DNA from: Verrucomicrobiia bacterium
Lineage (GTDB): Bacteria > Pseudomonadota > Alphaproteobacteria > Dongiales > Dongiaceae
Assembly: GCA_035544395.1 (NCBI GenBank)
Contig: DATKFM010000328.1
Span: 1 to 51,499 of the forward strand
Direction: 5' to 3'
Length of the DNA stretch: 51,499 bases
Shown here piece after piece: positions 33,847-42,801 of the stretch (position 1 is its first letter; each line of letters opens with the position of its first letter). The notes under the pieces were generated by a model. It searched no databases, was not told where the DNA came from, and worked only from the letters and a program-made list of their open reading frames with translations. The position numbers and the translations under genes are program-made.

Positions 33847-36101
33847 GGGAATTTCACCTGCAGATCCTGCGGCGGCGCCTGGGGATCGACCAGCGCAGTT
33901 TCGATGGCGTAGAGCAGCGCCGTCTGCACGTGGTAGCGCGCGCCCAGCGCCTCGCCGCGATAGGGCACGGCGACCGGCTCCGGCGTCCGGCCCTTGGCGT
34001 GAGCCGCGGCGTTGGCGCCGAGCCGCCGGTAGTGATCCAGCGTAGTGATCGGCGCCATGGAGAACAGCTCGAGATTCAGATGCGGCGCGCGACCGCGGCC
34101 ATGCAGCACCGCCGTGCCTTTGCCTTGGATGCCGATGCCGAAACCCGAGCCCGCGAGATCGGCGGCGGTGCGGCCGACGAAGGACGTATCGGCCGAATGC
34201 CGCATACGCACCACGCGCGCCTTGGCGCCACCATCGGCGATGCCGGCCATCAGCGCCGCGAGCACATCGGCCACCTCATGGCCCGCCGTCGTCCGCTGCA
34301 GCTGCGTGCCGAAGGCCGGACTGAGGCCGATGACGATTTCGAGCGGATCGCTGCCGGCTGTGGCATCGCCGATGACCTGGAACTCCAGCCGCCGCGACGC
34401 ATCGCTCTGCCGGTTCTGCTCGGCGAGCACATCGTCGCGGGTCAGTGAATCGCGCATCGTCTTGATTTCGGCCCAGCGCGCTTTGTCGATGGCATAGCCC
34501 GTGCCCGGGCCCGCGTAGTCGTTCGGATCGTTGACGGCGCTGATCACCTTGCCCTTCCGGATGATCGCCGCGGTCTGCAGATAGTCGCCGCTCACCCGCT
34601 GCCGCAACATCATCAGCAGATTTTCCGCTTCGGCATTGAAGCCGCGCTGCGCCAGCACGCGCACCACATCCAGCGCGGTGATGCCGCGGTCGCGGATGGC
34701 GGCGCTGATGCGGCCGACCTCCGCCAGGCTGTAGGTCGTCGTATCGTTCGAGCCGCTGGCATAGACCACGCTGTCGCGCTGCGCCTCGCTCGTCATCGCC
34801 AGCCGCAATTCTTCAAGCACTGCCGACACCGCATCTACCGCGCGACGCCGCACATCGATCGCCTCGCCCTCCCCGACCGGCCGCAAGCCGCCATCGACCA
34901 CGAAATCCCGCTGCAGCGCCAGGAAATCCTCCACGTCCTCGCCATTGAACAGCGATGCGTTGAAGGAGTTGTCGTACTTCTGGATCGAGCCGAAGCCGGA
35001 GCAGATCAAATCCGTGCCTGACATCAGATAGGGCATTATCTTGGCGCCCAGGCGGATTTCGGATTCGCTGATGCGCGTGTCGTTGCCCGACGCACATTCC
35101 AGATCCAGCAGCGCCGCCAGCACATTCTCTGCCAAGATCTCCCGCAGGCCGCCGGGCACCGAGGCCGCGATCGGAGCGCCGTCGATGCCGCCGTTCTGCG
35201 TGCCCTGCACGCCCATGCCTCGCTGCAGGCACAGGCACCGTGCTTCCAGGTAAAGCATCGACTTGGCGCTGTGAAAGCCCATCAGCAATTCGGACCCGGC
35301 ACCCGATGTGCAGCGCGCCTTGATGCCACGGGACGCATAGGCCGCGGTGAGGAACGCCTTCGACCAGGGCGTGTCGTCGCCGTCGATGAAAGTTTCCTCC
35401 GTGCCGTAGACCGACACCGTCTCGGCATAGGAGGTGAAGCCGGCCATGCCGATCTTCAGCTCCTCCGCCTCCTCGATGGAGCATTGGAACAGGATGCCGC
35501 CGCCAACCGCCGCCCCCACCGCGCAGGCGAGCGCGTTCGACCAGCCATTGCCGGCCACCCGCATGGTCGTCTCGATCTCGTCGAAGCCCATGCAGGCCGC
35601 GGTCGCCGCGTCCGCCGCGAGCTGGAGCGGGTCATCCTTGGCATTCGTGACATGGGCCTGGTTGCCCGGCCGCCTGCGCGCCCTCAGCTTGGCCTGGGCG
35701 AAAGTCAGTTCGAGGGTCGAGAGATGGCCCGCCACCTCCGCCAGCTTGGCCGGCGTCATGCCCCGCGCCAGCCGCACCACCTGCAGCCGTGGCACATGGA
35801 AATCCACGAGATCCCGGGCATAGGCACGGCTATCCACCCCCATGGCCTCCGGCGCCACCTCACGGTCGATGTGGTAGCGGGCAATGAAGCGGTCGATCAG
35901 GTCGAAATCCGGCTCGGCCACGCCATCCATCTCCACCACCCGGCCCTGCAAGATCTTCAGGCTCGGCCTGGGATCGAACGGGCTGTCAGTGGCGGCAAAG
36001 CCGTTGCTTGCATCCTCGACCGCGAACCGGTCGAGGCGCAGGGGACGGGCGTCCCAGACGTCAAAACGCCGCCAACGGTTGGGTTTTCGTCCGGAGTCCA
36101 T
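33843..36101 (-). CDS. B12-dependent diol/glycerol dehydratase, fused large (alpha) + medium (beta) subunits
   Basis: Lies in ORF 33843..36155, ATG at 36101. N-terminal about 550 aa are collinear with PduC (QAHVTNAKDDP, YAETVSVYGTE, DGDDTPWSKAFL, MLYLEARC, VNDPNDYAGPGTGY). C-terminal about 200 aa are collinear with PduD (ARVVRMRHSADTSF, GSGFGIGIQGKGT, NLELFSMAP). Confidence 0.9.
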   Translation of the reverse strand: MDSGRKPNRWRRFDVWDARPLRLDRFAVEDASNGFAATDSPFDPRPSLKILQGRVVEMDGVAEPDFDLIDRFIARYHIDREVAPEAMGVDSRAYARDLVDFHVPRLQVVRLARGMTPAKLAEVAGHLSTLELTFAQAKLRARRRPGNQAHVTNAKDDPLQLAADAATAACMGFDEIETTMRVAGNGWSNALACAVGAAVGGGILFQCSIEEAEELKIGMAGFTSYAETVSVYGTEETFIDGDDTPWSKAFLTAAYASRGIKARCTSGAGSELLMGFHSAKSMLYLEARCLCLQRGMGVQGTQNGGIDGAPIAASVPGGLREILAENVLAALLDLECASGNDTRISESEIRLGAKIMPYLMSGTDLICSGFGSIQKYDNSFNASLFNGEDVEDFLALQRDFVVDGGLRPVGEGEAIDVRRRAVDAVSAVLEELRLAMTSEAQRDSVVYASGSNDTTTYSLAEVGRISAAIRDRGITALDVVRVLAQRGFNAEAENLLMMLRQRVSGDYLQTAAIIRKGKVISAVNDPNDYAGPGTGYAIDKARWAEIKTMRDSLTRDDVLAEQNRQSDASRRLEFQVIGDATAGSDPLEIVIGLSPAFGTQLQRTTAGHEVADVLAALMAGIADGGAKARVVRMRHSADTSFVGRTAADLAGSGFGIGIQGKGTAVLHGRGRAPHLNLELFSMAPITTLDHYRRLGANAAAHAKGRTPEPVAVPYRGEALGARYHVQTALLYAIETALVDPQAPPQDLQVKFP

Positions 36102-36210
36102 GGCCTGCCTGCCGCCCGCGCCCGGCGTCGCATTACTCCAGCGGGGGCGTCGCATGAGGAAATTTCAGCCGGAATCATGCCCTAAGGGCCCGTTTCGAAC
36201 AACGAGGCGC

Positions 36211-36239
36211 TTGACAGCCGTAGGCCACCTTATTAAGTT
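36211..36239 (+). promoter_or_regulatory. Sigma-70-like promoter candidate TTGACA-N17-TAAGTT
   Basis: TTGACA 36211-36216, 17-nt spacer, TAAGTT 36234-36239. Confidence 0.4.
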
Positions 36240-36245
36240 TTCCCC

Positions 36246-36345
36246 AGCGCCGATTTGAGCAAACAGCTTGCGGGCGCTTAATAAATGCAGCTAAAGCGGA
36301 CGCAACCCGTCCCAGCCAAGCTGCGACGGGTTTTTGATTTTTACG
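36246..36345 (+). ncRNA. Candidate about 100-nt small RNA, or terminator-containing 5' leader of cysG
   Basis: Bounded by the promoter candidate and the intrinsic terminator. No plus-strand ORF upstream could use this terminator. Internal stem AGCGCC 36246-36251 / GGCGCT 36273-36278. Confidence 0.3.
36304..36345 (+). terminator. Rho-independent terminator
   Basis: AACCCGTC-C-CAGC-CAA-GCTG-C-GACGGGTT hairpin followed by TTTTGATTTTT. The T tract is present only on the plus strand. Confidence 0.65.
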
Positions 36346-36467
36346 GCATGGTCCACCGCAACGGACCCGCGGGATTTGATGGGGCAGCTTGCGCCCGCGT
36401 TACCAAGCGCTAAAGCGCCACGGATGTTCTCCGTGGGCCCGCAATGCTTGCGGCTTGGAGGACGTCA

Positions 36468-37871
36468 ATGAACTATTTTCCAGCATTTTTCGATCTCAGA
36501 GAGCGGCGCGCCCTAATCGTTGGCGGCGGCGAAATTGCGGCCCGGCGCCTGCGGCTGCTGCTGAAGGCCGGCGCCAAGGTCACCGTCGTCGCGCCGCGCA
36601 TTGTTGAGGAAATCGAAACTGCGATAGCCGACGGCACCGTCGCTGCCATCCGCCGTGGCTTCGTCGCCGGCGACATCACCGGCCATACCGTCGTGTTCTC
36701 CGCCACCGGCCGCGAGGATGTTGATGAGCGGGTGGCCGAGGCCGCCCGCAGCGCCAGCGTGCCCGTAAACGTCACCGACCGCGCCGAGCTTTCCAGCTTC
36801 ATCGTTCCCGCCATCGTCGAGCGCGACCCCGTCGTCATCGGCATCTCCACCGGCGGCGCCGCGCCCGTACTGGCCAGCCGCGTGCGGGAGTCGATCGAGC
36901 GGCTGCTGCCGGCGCGCCTGGGCCGTCTGGCCGAGTTCGCCAGCAGCTTCCGCCGTGGCGTGCGGTCTAAACTGCCGCAGGCGGCCAACCGTTTCCGCTT
37001 CTGGGATCGATTTTTTGACGGCCCCATCGCCGCACAGCTGCTCGCCGGCGATGAACCCGGGGCCCATGAGCGCATGCTGACTCTGGTGAATGGCCGCGCC
37101 GTGACCGAGGCGCCGAAAGGCTCGGTCGCCATCGTTGGCGCCGGCCCCGGCGATCCGGATTTGCTGACCCTGCGCGCGCTCCGCCTGATCCAGCGCGCCG
37201 AGGTGGTGATCTACGACAATCTGGTCAGTTCGGCGGTGCTCGATCTCGTGCGCCGCGATGCCGAGCGCATCTATGTCGGCAAGAGCAAGGGCAACCACAG
37301 CAAGACCCAGGATGAGATCAACGCCCTGATCGCCGAGCATGCCCGTTATGGTCATCGCGTCATCAGGTTGAAGGGCGGCGATCCCTTCATCTTCGGCCGC
37401 GGCGGCGAGGAAGTGGAATATCTGCGCCAGCGCGGCATCCGGGCCGAACTGGTGCCTGGCATCACGGCCGCGCTCGGCTGCGCCGCCGCAGTCGGCATCC
37501 CCCTCACCCACCGGGATCACGCCCATGCGGTGACGCTGGCTACCGGTCAGGGCAAGGATGACGAGACTGAGCTGGATTGGGCCACGCTGGCCAAGCTGAA
37601 GCAGACGCTGGCGATCTATATGGGCGTCGGCAAGGCGGGCTATATCGCCAGCCGGCTGATCGGCCATGGTCTCGATCCCGCAACGCCGGTGGCCGTCATC
37701 GAGAACGGCACGCTGCCGAGCCAGCGCGCCGTCTATGGCCGCCTTTCCGGCCTCGGCCTGCTGGTGCGGCAGAGCGGCATCACCGGGCCGGCGCTGATCG
37801 TCATCGGCACAGTCGTCTCCCTGGCCGACCGGGCGCAGACGCCCGAGCGCCTCGAAGCAGCAGTGGCCTGA
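36468..37871 (+). CDS. cysG: Siroheme synthase (precorrin-2 dehydrogenase/ferrochelatase + uroporphyrinogen-III C-methyltransferase)
   Basis: Lies in ORF 36444..37871. GGAGGA precedes ATG 36468. N-terminal Rossmann motif VGGGEIAARR. SUMT motifs VGAGPGDPDLLTL and RLKGGDPFIFGRGGEE. Confidence 0.9.
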   Translation: MNYFPAFFDLRERRALIVGGGEIAARRLRLLLKAGAKVTVVAPRIVEEIETAIADGTVAAIRRGFVAGDITGHTVVFSATGREDVDERVAEAARSASVPVNVTDRAELSSFIVPAIVERDPVVIGISTGGAAPVLASRVRESIERLLPARLGRLAEFASSFRRGVRSKLPQAANRFRFWDRFFDGPIAAQLLAGDEPGAHERMLTLVNGRAVTEAPKGSVAIVGAGPGDPDLLTLRALRLIQRAEVVIYDNLVSSAVLDLVRRDAERIYVGKSKGNHSKTQDEINALIAEHARYGHRVIRLKGGDPFIFGRGGEEVEYLRQRGIRAELVPGITAALGCAAAVGIPLTHRDHAHAVTLATGQGKDDETELDWATLAKLKQTLAIYMGVGKAGYIASRLIGHGLDPATPVAVIENGTLPSQRAVYGRLSGLGLLVRQSGITGPALIVIGTVVSLADRAQTPERLEAAVA

Positions 37872-37885
37872 GGGAGAGCGCAGCG

Positions 37886-38194
37886 ATGCCGCAGCAGGTC
37901 ATCACCGCAAACCGGCTTCTCGACGGCCGCGTCGTCTTCCTCGCCGCGGATGGCGAGTGGAGCGAGCGCGTCGGTGCGAGCCGTGTGGCGCAGGATGATT
38001 CCGATGCGGCGCTGCTGCAGGCAGAAGCGAACCAGGCCGTGATCGAGCGCAAGGTCGTGGCGCCCTATTTGATCCCGGTATCGACTGAGAATGGCCGGAT
38101 CACACCGCTGCGCTACCGCGAGGTGCTGCGCGCGCTCGGGCCGAGCACCCATCCCGAATATGGCCGGTCGGCCGACGCCACGGCGGCTTCCTAG
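37886..38194 (+). CDS. DUF2849-like small protein of sulfite-reductase operons
   Basis: ATG 37886 lies in frame within ORF 37577..38194. Translation MPQQVITANRLLDGRVVFL...YLIPV. Sits between cysG and cysI, as is typical in alphaproteobacteria. Confidence 0.7.
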   Translation: MPQQVITANRLLDGRVVFLAADGEWSERVGASRVAQDDSDAALLQAEANQAVIERKVVAPYLIPVSTENGRITPLRYREVLRALGPSTHPEYGRSADATAAS

Positions 38195-38204
38195 GAGCGG
38201 CGCG

Positions 38205-39860
38205 ATGTACCGTTACGACAATTACGATCATGCCCTGGTGAAGGAGCGCGTCGCGCAGTTCCGCGATCAGGCCAACCGCCGGATCGCCGGCGAACTCACC
38301 GAAGACGAATTCAAGCCGCTGCGGTTGACGAACGGCCTGTATCTTCAACTCCATGCCTACATGCTGCGGGTGGCGATTCCCTATGGCACCCTGTCGTCGG
38401 AGCAGCTGCGCAAGCTGGCCGATATCTCCCGCCGCTACGACAAGGGCTACGGCCATTTCACCACCCGCCAGAACGTCCAGTTCAACTGGATCAAGCTGGA
38501 GGAGACCGCTGACATCCTGGGCGAACTCGCCACGGTCGAGATGCACGCCATCCAGACCAGCGGCAACTGCATCCGCAATGTCACCGCCGATCACTTTGCC
38601 GGCGTGTCCGCCGACGAGATCGAGGATCCGCGCATCTATTGCGAGATCATCCGGCAGTGGTCCACATTCCATCCGGAGTTCACCTTCCTGCCGCGGAAAT
38701 TCAAGGTCGCGGTAACCGGCTCGCCCCGCGATCGCGCGGCGGTCAAGGTTCATGACATCGGCCTGCGCATGCTGCGCAACGAGAGCGGCGAGGCCGGCTT
38801 CGAGGTCTATGTCGGCGGCGGCCAGGGCCGCACGCCGGTCATCGCCAAGAGCATCCGCTCTTTTCTGCCGAAACGGCATCTGCTGTCCTATCTCGAGGCG
38901 ATTCTGCGGGTCTACAACCAGCTCGGCCGCCGCGACAATCTCTATAAGGCGCGCGTCAAGATCCTGGTGGATGCCGTCGGCGCCGCGCAGTTCACCCAGA
39001 TGGTCGAAGAGGAATGGCAGCATATTCGCGACGGATATCTGGATCTGCCGGCCGCGGAGATCGAACGCATCCGCGCCTTCTTCGCGCCGCCGGCCTACAA
39101 GATCTTTGCCGGCCCGCCGGCCGAATATGATGCGCAGCTGCGCCGCGACTTCCTGTTCGCCCGCTGGGTGCGCAGCAATGTCGCGCAGCATAAGCGGCCG
39201 GGCTACGCCATCGTCACCCTGTCGCTGAAGCCCGCGGGTGGCGTGCCTGGTGATGCGACCGACGCGCAAATGGATGCGGTGGCCGATCTTTCGGACGAAT
39301 ACAGCTTCGGCGAAATTCGCGTCAGCCATGAGCAGAACCTGGTCCTCGCCGAAGTGGAGCAGGCCCGGCTCTACGAGCTCTGGCGCAAGCTCGATGCGCT
39401 GAAGCTGGCCGAGCCGAATATCGGCCTCGCGGGCGACATCATCGCCTGCCCCGGCCTCGACTACTGCGCCCTGGCCAATGCCCGCTCGATCCCGGTGGCG
39501 CAGCAGATCAGCAATCACTTCGCCGATCTGACACGCCTCCTGGATATCGGCGAGCTGAAGATCAAGATCTCCGGCTGCATCAATGCCTGCGGCCACCACC
39601 ATGTCGGCCATATCGGCATCCTGGGCGTCGATAAGCATGGCCAGGAGTTTTACCAGATCACCCTCGGCGGCAGCGCCGACGAGAACGCCTCCATCGGCGA
39701 TATCGTCGGCCCGGCCTTCGGCACCGACCAGGTGGTCGGCGCGGTCGAAACCATCATCGATACCTACCTGAAGCTGCGCGGCGAGGACGAGCGCTTCCTC
39801 GACACCTATCGCCGCGTCGGCCTCAAGCCCTTCAAGGAGAAGCTCTATGCCGCTCATTAA
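38205..39860 (+). CDS. cysI: Sulfite reductase hemoprotein (nitrite/sulfite reductase, siroheme-[4Fe-4S])
   Basis: Lies in ORF 38091..39860, ATG at 38205. Motif TTRQNVQFNWI. Cys clusters ACPGLDYCALA and SGCINACGHHH. Confidence 0.9.
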   Translation: MYRYDNYDHALVKERVAQFRDQANRRIAGELTEDEFKPLRLTNGLYLQLHAYMLRVAIPYGTLSSEQLRKLADISRRYDKGYGHFTTRQNVQFNWIKLEETADILGELATVEMHAIQTSGNCIRNVTADHFAGVSADEIEDPRIYCEIIRQWSTFHPEFTFLPRKFKVAVTGSPRDRAAVKVHDIGLRMLRNESGEAGFEVYVGGGQGRTPVIAKSIRSFLPKRHLLSYLEAILRVYNQLGRRDNLYKARVKILVDAVGAAQFTQMVEEEWQHIRDGYLDLPAAEIERIRAFFAPPAYKIFAGPPAEYDAQLRRDFLFARWVRSNVAQHKRPGYAIVTLSLKPAGGVPGDATDAQMDAVADLSDEYSFGEIRVSHEQNLVLAEVEQARLYELWRKLDALKLAEPNIGLAGDIIACPGLDYCALANARSIPVAQQISNHFADLTRLLDIGELKIKISGCINACGHHHVGHIGILGVDKHGQEFYQITLGGSADENASIGDIVGPAFGTDQVVGAVETIIDTYLKLRGEDERFLDTYRRVGLKPFKEKLYAAH

Positions 39861-40455
39861 AGCCAATGGCATCACCGACGATCTCTGGACGTTCGTGAAG
39901 GACGAGGAGCAGCTTCCCCCTGAGGGTGCCATCATAGTCACGCTGGCGCGCTGGCAGGCCAACCGCGACCAGCTTGCGGCACGGCCGACGCCACTGGGCA
40001 TCCGCCTCAAGAGCGATCAGGCGCCGTCGACCATATCGGGCGATATCGAGCGCTTCGATGTGATTGCGCTGGAATTCCCCAAGTTCACCGACGGCCGCGC
40101 CTATAGCAGCGCGCGCCTGCTGCGGGAGCGTCACGGCTTCCGTGGCGAGCTGCGGGCCGTGGGCAATGTGCTGCGGGACCAGCTCGCGTTCATGCGCCGC
40201 TGCGGCTTCGACAGCTACGAGATTCCCGAAGCCGCCGATGCCGCGGCCTGGGCCGGCTCGCTGCGCGGGATCTCCGTCGTCTATCAGCCGGCGACCGACC
40301 AGCGGCAGACGGCGCTCGCCGCCCGTCACCGGCCCGCATCTGCGCCGCGCCGTGAAGTCGCAGAGGAAGAGGAGCCGGCGCCGAAGGTGATCGCCGCGGC
40401 GGTGGAAGCGAGTAACGAATATTCGCAGGTCTGTGCGGGTTACTGGGCGTACTAA
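39847..40455 (+). CDS. DUF934-like protein associated with sulfite reductase
   Basis: Overlaps the cysI 3' end by 14 nt. Motif FPKFTDGRAYSSARLLRERHGFRGELRAVG. About 40-aa acidic C-terminal extension. Confidence 0.78.
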   Translation: MPLIKANGITDDLWTFVKDEEQLPPEGAIIVTLARWQANRDQLAARPTPLGIRLKSDQAPSTISGDIERFDVIALEFPKFTDGRAYSSARLLRERHGFRGELRAVGNVLRDQLAFMRRCGFDSYEIPEAADAAAWAGSLRGISVVYQPATDQRQTALAARHRPASAPRREVAEEEEPAPKVIAAAVEASNEYSQVCAGYWAY

Positions 40456-40486
40456 TCGGAACACGTAGAGGAACGCGAAAACCGCC

Positions 40487-41224
40487 ATGCTCGACTCGCC
40501 CGCCCCCGTCAGCCTCTCGCCCAGCACGGAAGCACTCCGCGCGCGGGCGATCGGCATTGCCGGACGGCAACGGCGGCAGGCCGCCTTGGCGCTGCTGCAA
40601 TGCGTGCTGAAAGAGGAATTTCCCGGGCGCATTGCCGTGGTGTCTTCGTTCGGCGTGGAGTCGGCGGTGATCCTGTCGCTGGTGTCCGAAGTGGATCCAG
40701 CGACGCCGGTGATCTTCCTGGAGACCGGCAAGCACTTCCCCGAGACGCTCGCCTATCGCGACAAGCTGGCGCGGCGCTTGAAGCTGAGTGATGTCCGCGA
40801 CATCAAGCCCGATTCCGTCGAACTCGTGGCAAACGATCCCGATGGCGATCTCTGGCAACGCGACACCGATGCCTGCTGCGGCATCCGCAAGGTAGTGCCG
40901 TTGAGCCGCGCGCTCTCGACTTTCGACGCCTGGATCACCGGCCGCAAGCGGCATCATGGCGCCGAGCGCGCCAATCTCGCGCTGGTCGAGGCGTCGGAAG
41001 GACGCCTCAAAATCAACCCGCTGGCCGATTGGACGTCGGAAGAGATCGCGGCGGATTTTCGGGCAGGGAATCTGCCGATGCATCCCCTGGCCCTTGAAGG
41101 CTACCGTTCCATCGGCTGCGCGCCCTGCACGCGCCGGACTCAGGACGGTGAGGATGCACGTGCGGGCCGCTGGTCCGGCACCGAAAAGACCGAATGCGGT
41201 ATCCATCGGGCGCCCTGGTTCTGA
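40487..41224 (+). CDS. cysH: Assimilatory APS/PAPS reductase (Fe-S type)
   Basis: Motifs VSSFGVESAV and ECGIH. The Cys pair CCGIRKV plus C-terminal CAPC suggest the [4Fe-4S] APS-reductase subclass. Confidence 0.9.
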   Translation: MLDSPAPVSLSPSTEALRARAIGIAGRQRRQAALALLQCVLKEEFPGRIAVVSSFGVESAVILSLVSEVDPATPVIFLETGKHFPETLAYRDKLARRLKLSDVRDIKPDSVELVANDPDGDLWQRDTDACCGIRKVVPLSRALSTFDAWITGRKRHHGAERANLALVEASEGRLKINPLADWTSEEIAADFRAGNLPMHPLALEGYRSIGCAPCTRRTQDGEDARAGRWSGTEKTECGIHRAPWF

Positions 41225-41507
41225 GTTCGAGTTTCGCGGGCCATCGCATGAGGATTCGGTATCCGCTATTCGATCGGATATGGCACTGAATCTTGTGACT
41301 ATTTCCCCGCGAGGCTGGTCCCCGACAGGGTCGCGGTGCTAATCTTCGCTCCAAGCGAGCGAGGGACTGTTTGGGCGAACAGGGGAAAGCTCTAGTGACC
41401 GTCACTGAAATTGAGGCAATCCATTGCAACGCCCGCGATCCGGTGCCCGGTTTGTTAATCCGATAAGAATAGAGGACAGGCGCTGTTACGAGCCTATAAC
41501 GACAAAA

Positions 41508-42719
41508 ATGCCGGACGACAGCCAGAGACAGAGCAAGGCAAAGCCGAAGAAGACTTGGCGGCCGCAGACGCGCCTGGTGCGCGGCGGCCTGACCCGCAGC
41601 CAGTACGGCGAAACCGCCGAGGCGATCTATCTGACGTCAGGCTATGTCTATGACGACGCCGAGACGGCGGAGGCGCGATTCAAGGAACTCGATCCCGGCT
41701 ACATCTACAGCCGCTATGGCAATCCCACGGTGACGATGTTCGAAGAGCGCATGTGCCAGCTCGAGGGCGCGCCGGCCTCGCGCGCACTTGCCACCGGCAT
41801 GGCGGCGGTGAATGCCGCCATCATGTGCCAGGTGCGCGCCGGAGATCGCGTGGTGGCGTCGCGGGCGCTGTTCGGATCCTGCCGCTACATCATCGAGGAA
41901 TTGCTGCCGCGCTACGGCGTGACCACGCAACTGGTTGACGGTCCCGATCTGGATCAGTGGCGCGATGCGCTCAAACCGGGTGCGCGCTGCGTATTTATCG
42001 AGACGCCGGCCAATCCCACGCTGCAGCTCATCGACATTCCGGCGGTGGCGGAGCTGTGCCACGCCGCCGGCGCGCGGCTGATCGTCGACAACGTATTCGC
42101 CACGCCCATACTGCAGAAGCCACTGCCGCTGGGCGCTGACATCGTGCTCTACTCCACCACCAAGCATATCGATGGCCAGGGCCGCTGCCTCGGCGGCATC
42201 GTGCTGGGCTCCGAGGACTTTATCGTCAAGGAGCTTCATCCGCTTCTGAAGCACACAGGCCCGTCGCTCAGCCCGTTCAACGCCTGGGTCATGCTGAAAG
42301 GCCTGGAGACATTGGAACTGCGCGTCCGCCAACATTGCAGCAACGCGGCGACGATTGCCGATTTTCTTGCCGCTCATGGCGAGGTAGCCAATCTGATCTA
42401 TCCCGGCCGGAATGATTTCCCGCAGCGTGCGCTAGCGCAGCGGCAGATGTCGTCGGGCGGCACGCTGGTGACCTTCGAGCTCAAGGGCGACAAGGCACGG
42501 GCCTTCCGTTTCCTCAACGCGCTGGAACTGATCGACATCTCCAACAATCTCGGTGACTCCAAGAGCCTCGTCACCCATCCGGCGACCACCACTCATCAGC
42601 GGCTGAGCCCGGCGGACCGGGCGCATCTGGGCATTACCGAGAGCATGATCCGGCTTTCCGTCGGCCTCGAAGATGCCGCCGACATCATCGACGATCTGGG
42701 CCAGGCGCTGGCCGCTTAA
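41508..42719 (+). CDS. metZ: O-succinylhomoserine sulfhydrylase (Cys/Met-metabolism PLP enzyme)
   Basis: Lies in ORF 41424..42719, ATG at 41508. Motifs YSRYGNPT, YSTTKHIDGQGR (PLP lysine) and SLGDSKSLVTHPATTTH. Confidence 0.88.
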   Translation: MPDDSQRQSKAKPKKTWRPQTRLVRGGLTRSQYGETAEAIYLTSGYVYDDAETAEARFKELDPGYIYSRYGNPTVTMFEERMCQLEGAPASRALATGMAAVNAAIMCQVRAGDRVVASRALFGSCRYIIEELLPRYGVTTQLVDGPDLDQWRDALKPGARCVFIETPANPTLQLIDIPAVAELCHAAGARLIVDNVFATPILQKPLPLGADIVLYSTTKHIDGQGRCLGGIVLGSEDFIVKELHPLLKHTGPSLSPFNAWVMLKGLETLELRVRQHCSNAATIADFLAAHGEVANLIYPGRNDFPQRALAQRQMSSGGTLVTFELKGDKARAFRFLNALELIDISNNLGDSKSLVTHPATTTHQRLSPADRAHLGITESMIRLSVGLEDAADIIDDLGQALAA

Positions 42720-42801
42720 GCAGTTCGTAAGGATTTCATTCCCCGACGAAACGCCGCCGAAACCTCGCCCCGCTAGCCTGAAAGGATAGCGGGAGCCTGA
42801 G

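Noticed and set aside
36102-36400. Possible cobalamin riboswitch upstream of the B12-dependent dehydratase (minus strand)
   Set aside because: The reverse complement shows no B12-box-like core (GCCACUG-type) and none of the conserved GGGAA / GGUG elements.
38100-40010. 636-aa antisense ORF opposite cysI; the same pattern occurs at 2785-3918, 7482-8876, 36513-37667 and 49280-50503
   Set aside because: All are GC-driven shadow frames opposite genes with strong family motifs.
41290-41400. SAM-II riboswitch upstream of metZ
   Set aside because: Only loose fragments (GTGACTATTT, AAAGCTC) are present. The hairpin loop lacks the AGCUUU-type partner for the 3' tail and the spacing is far too long. 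It is kept only as an unclassified structured leader.
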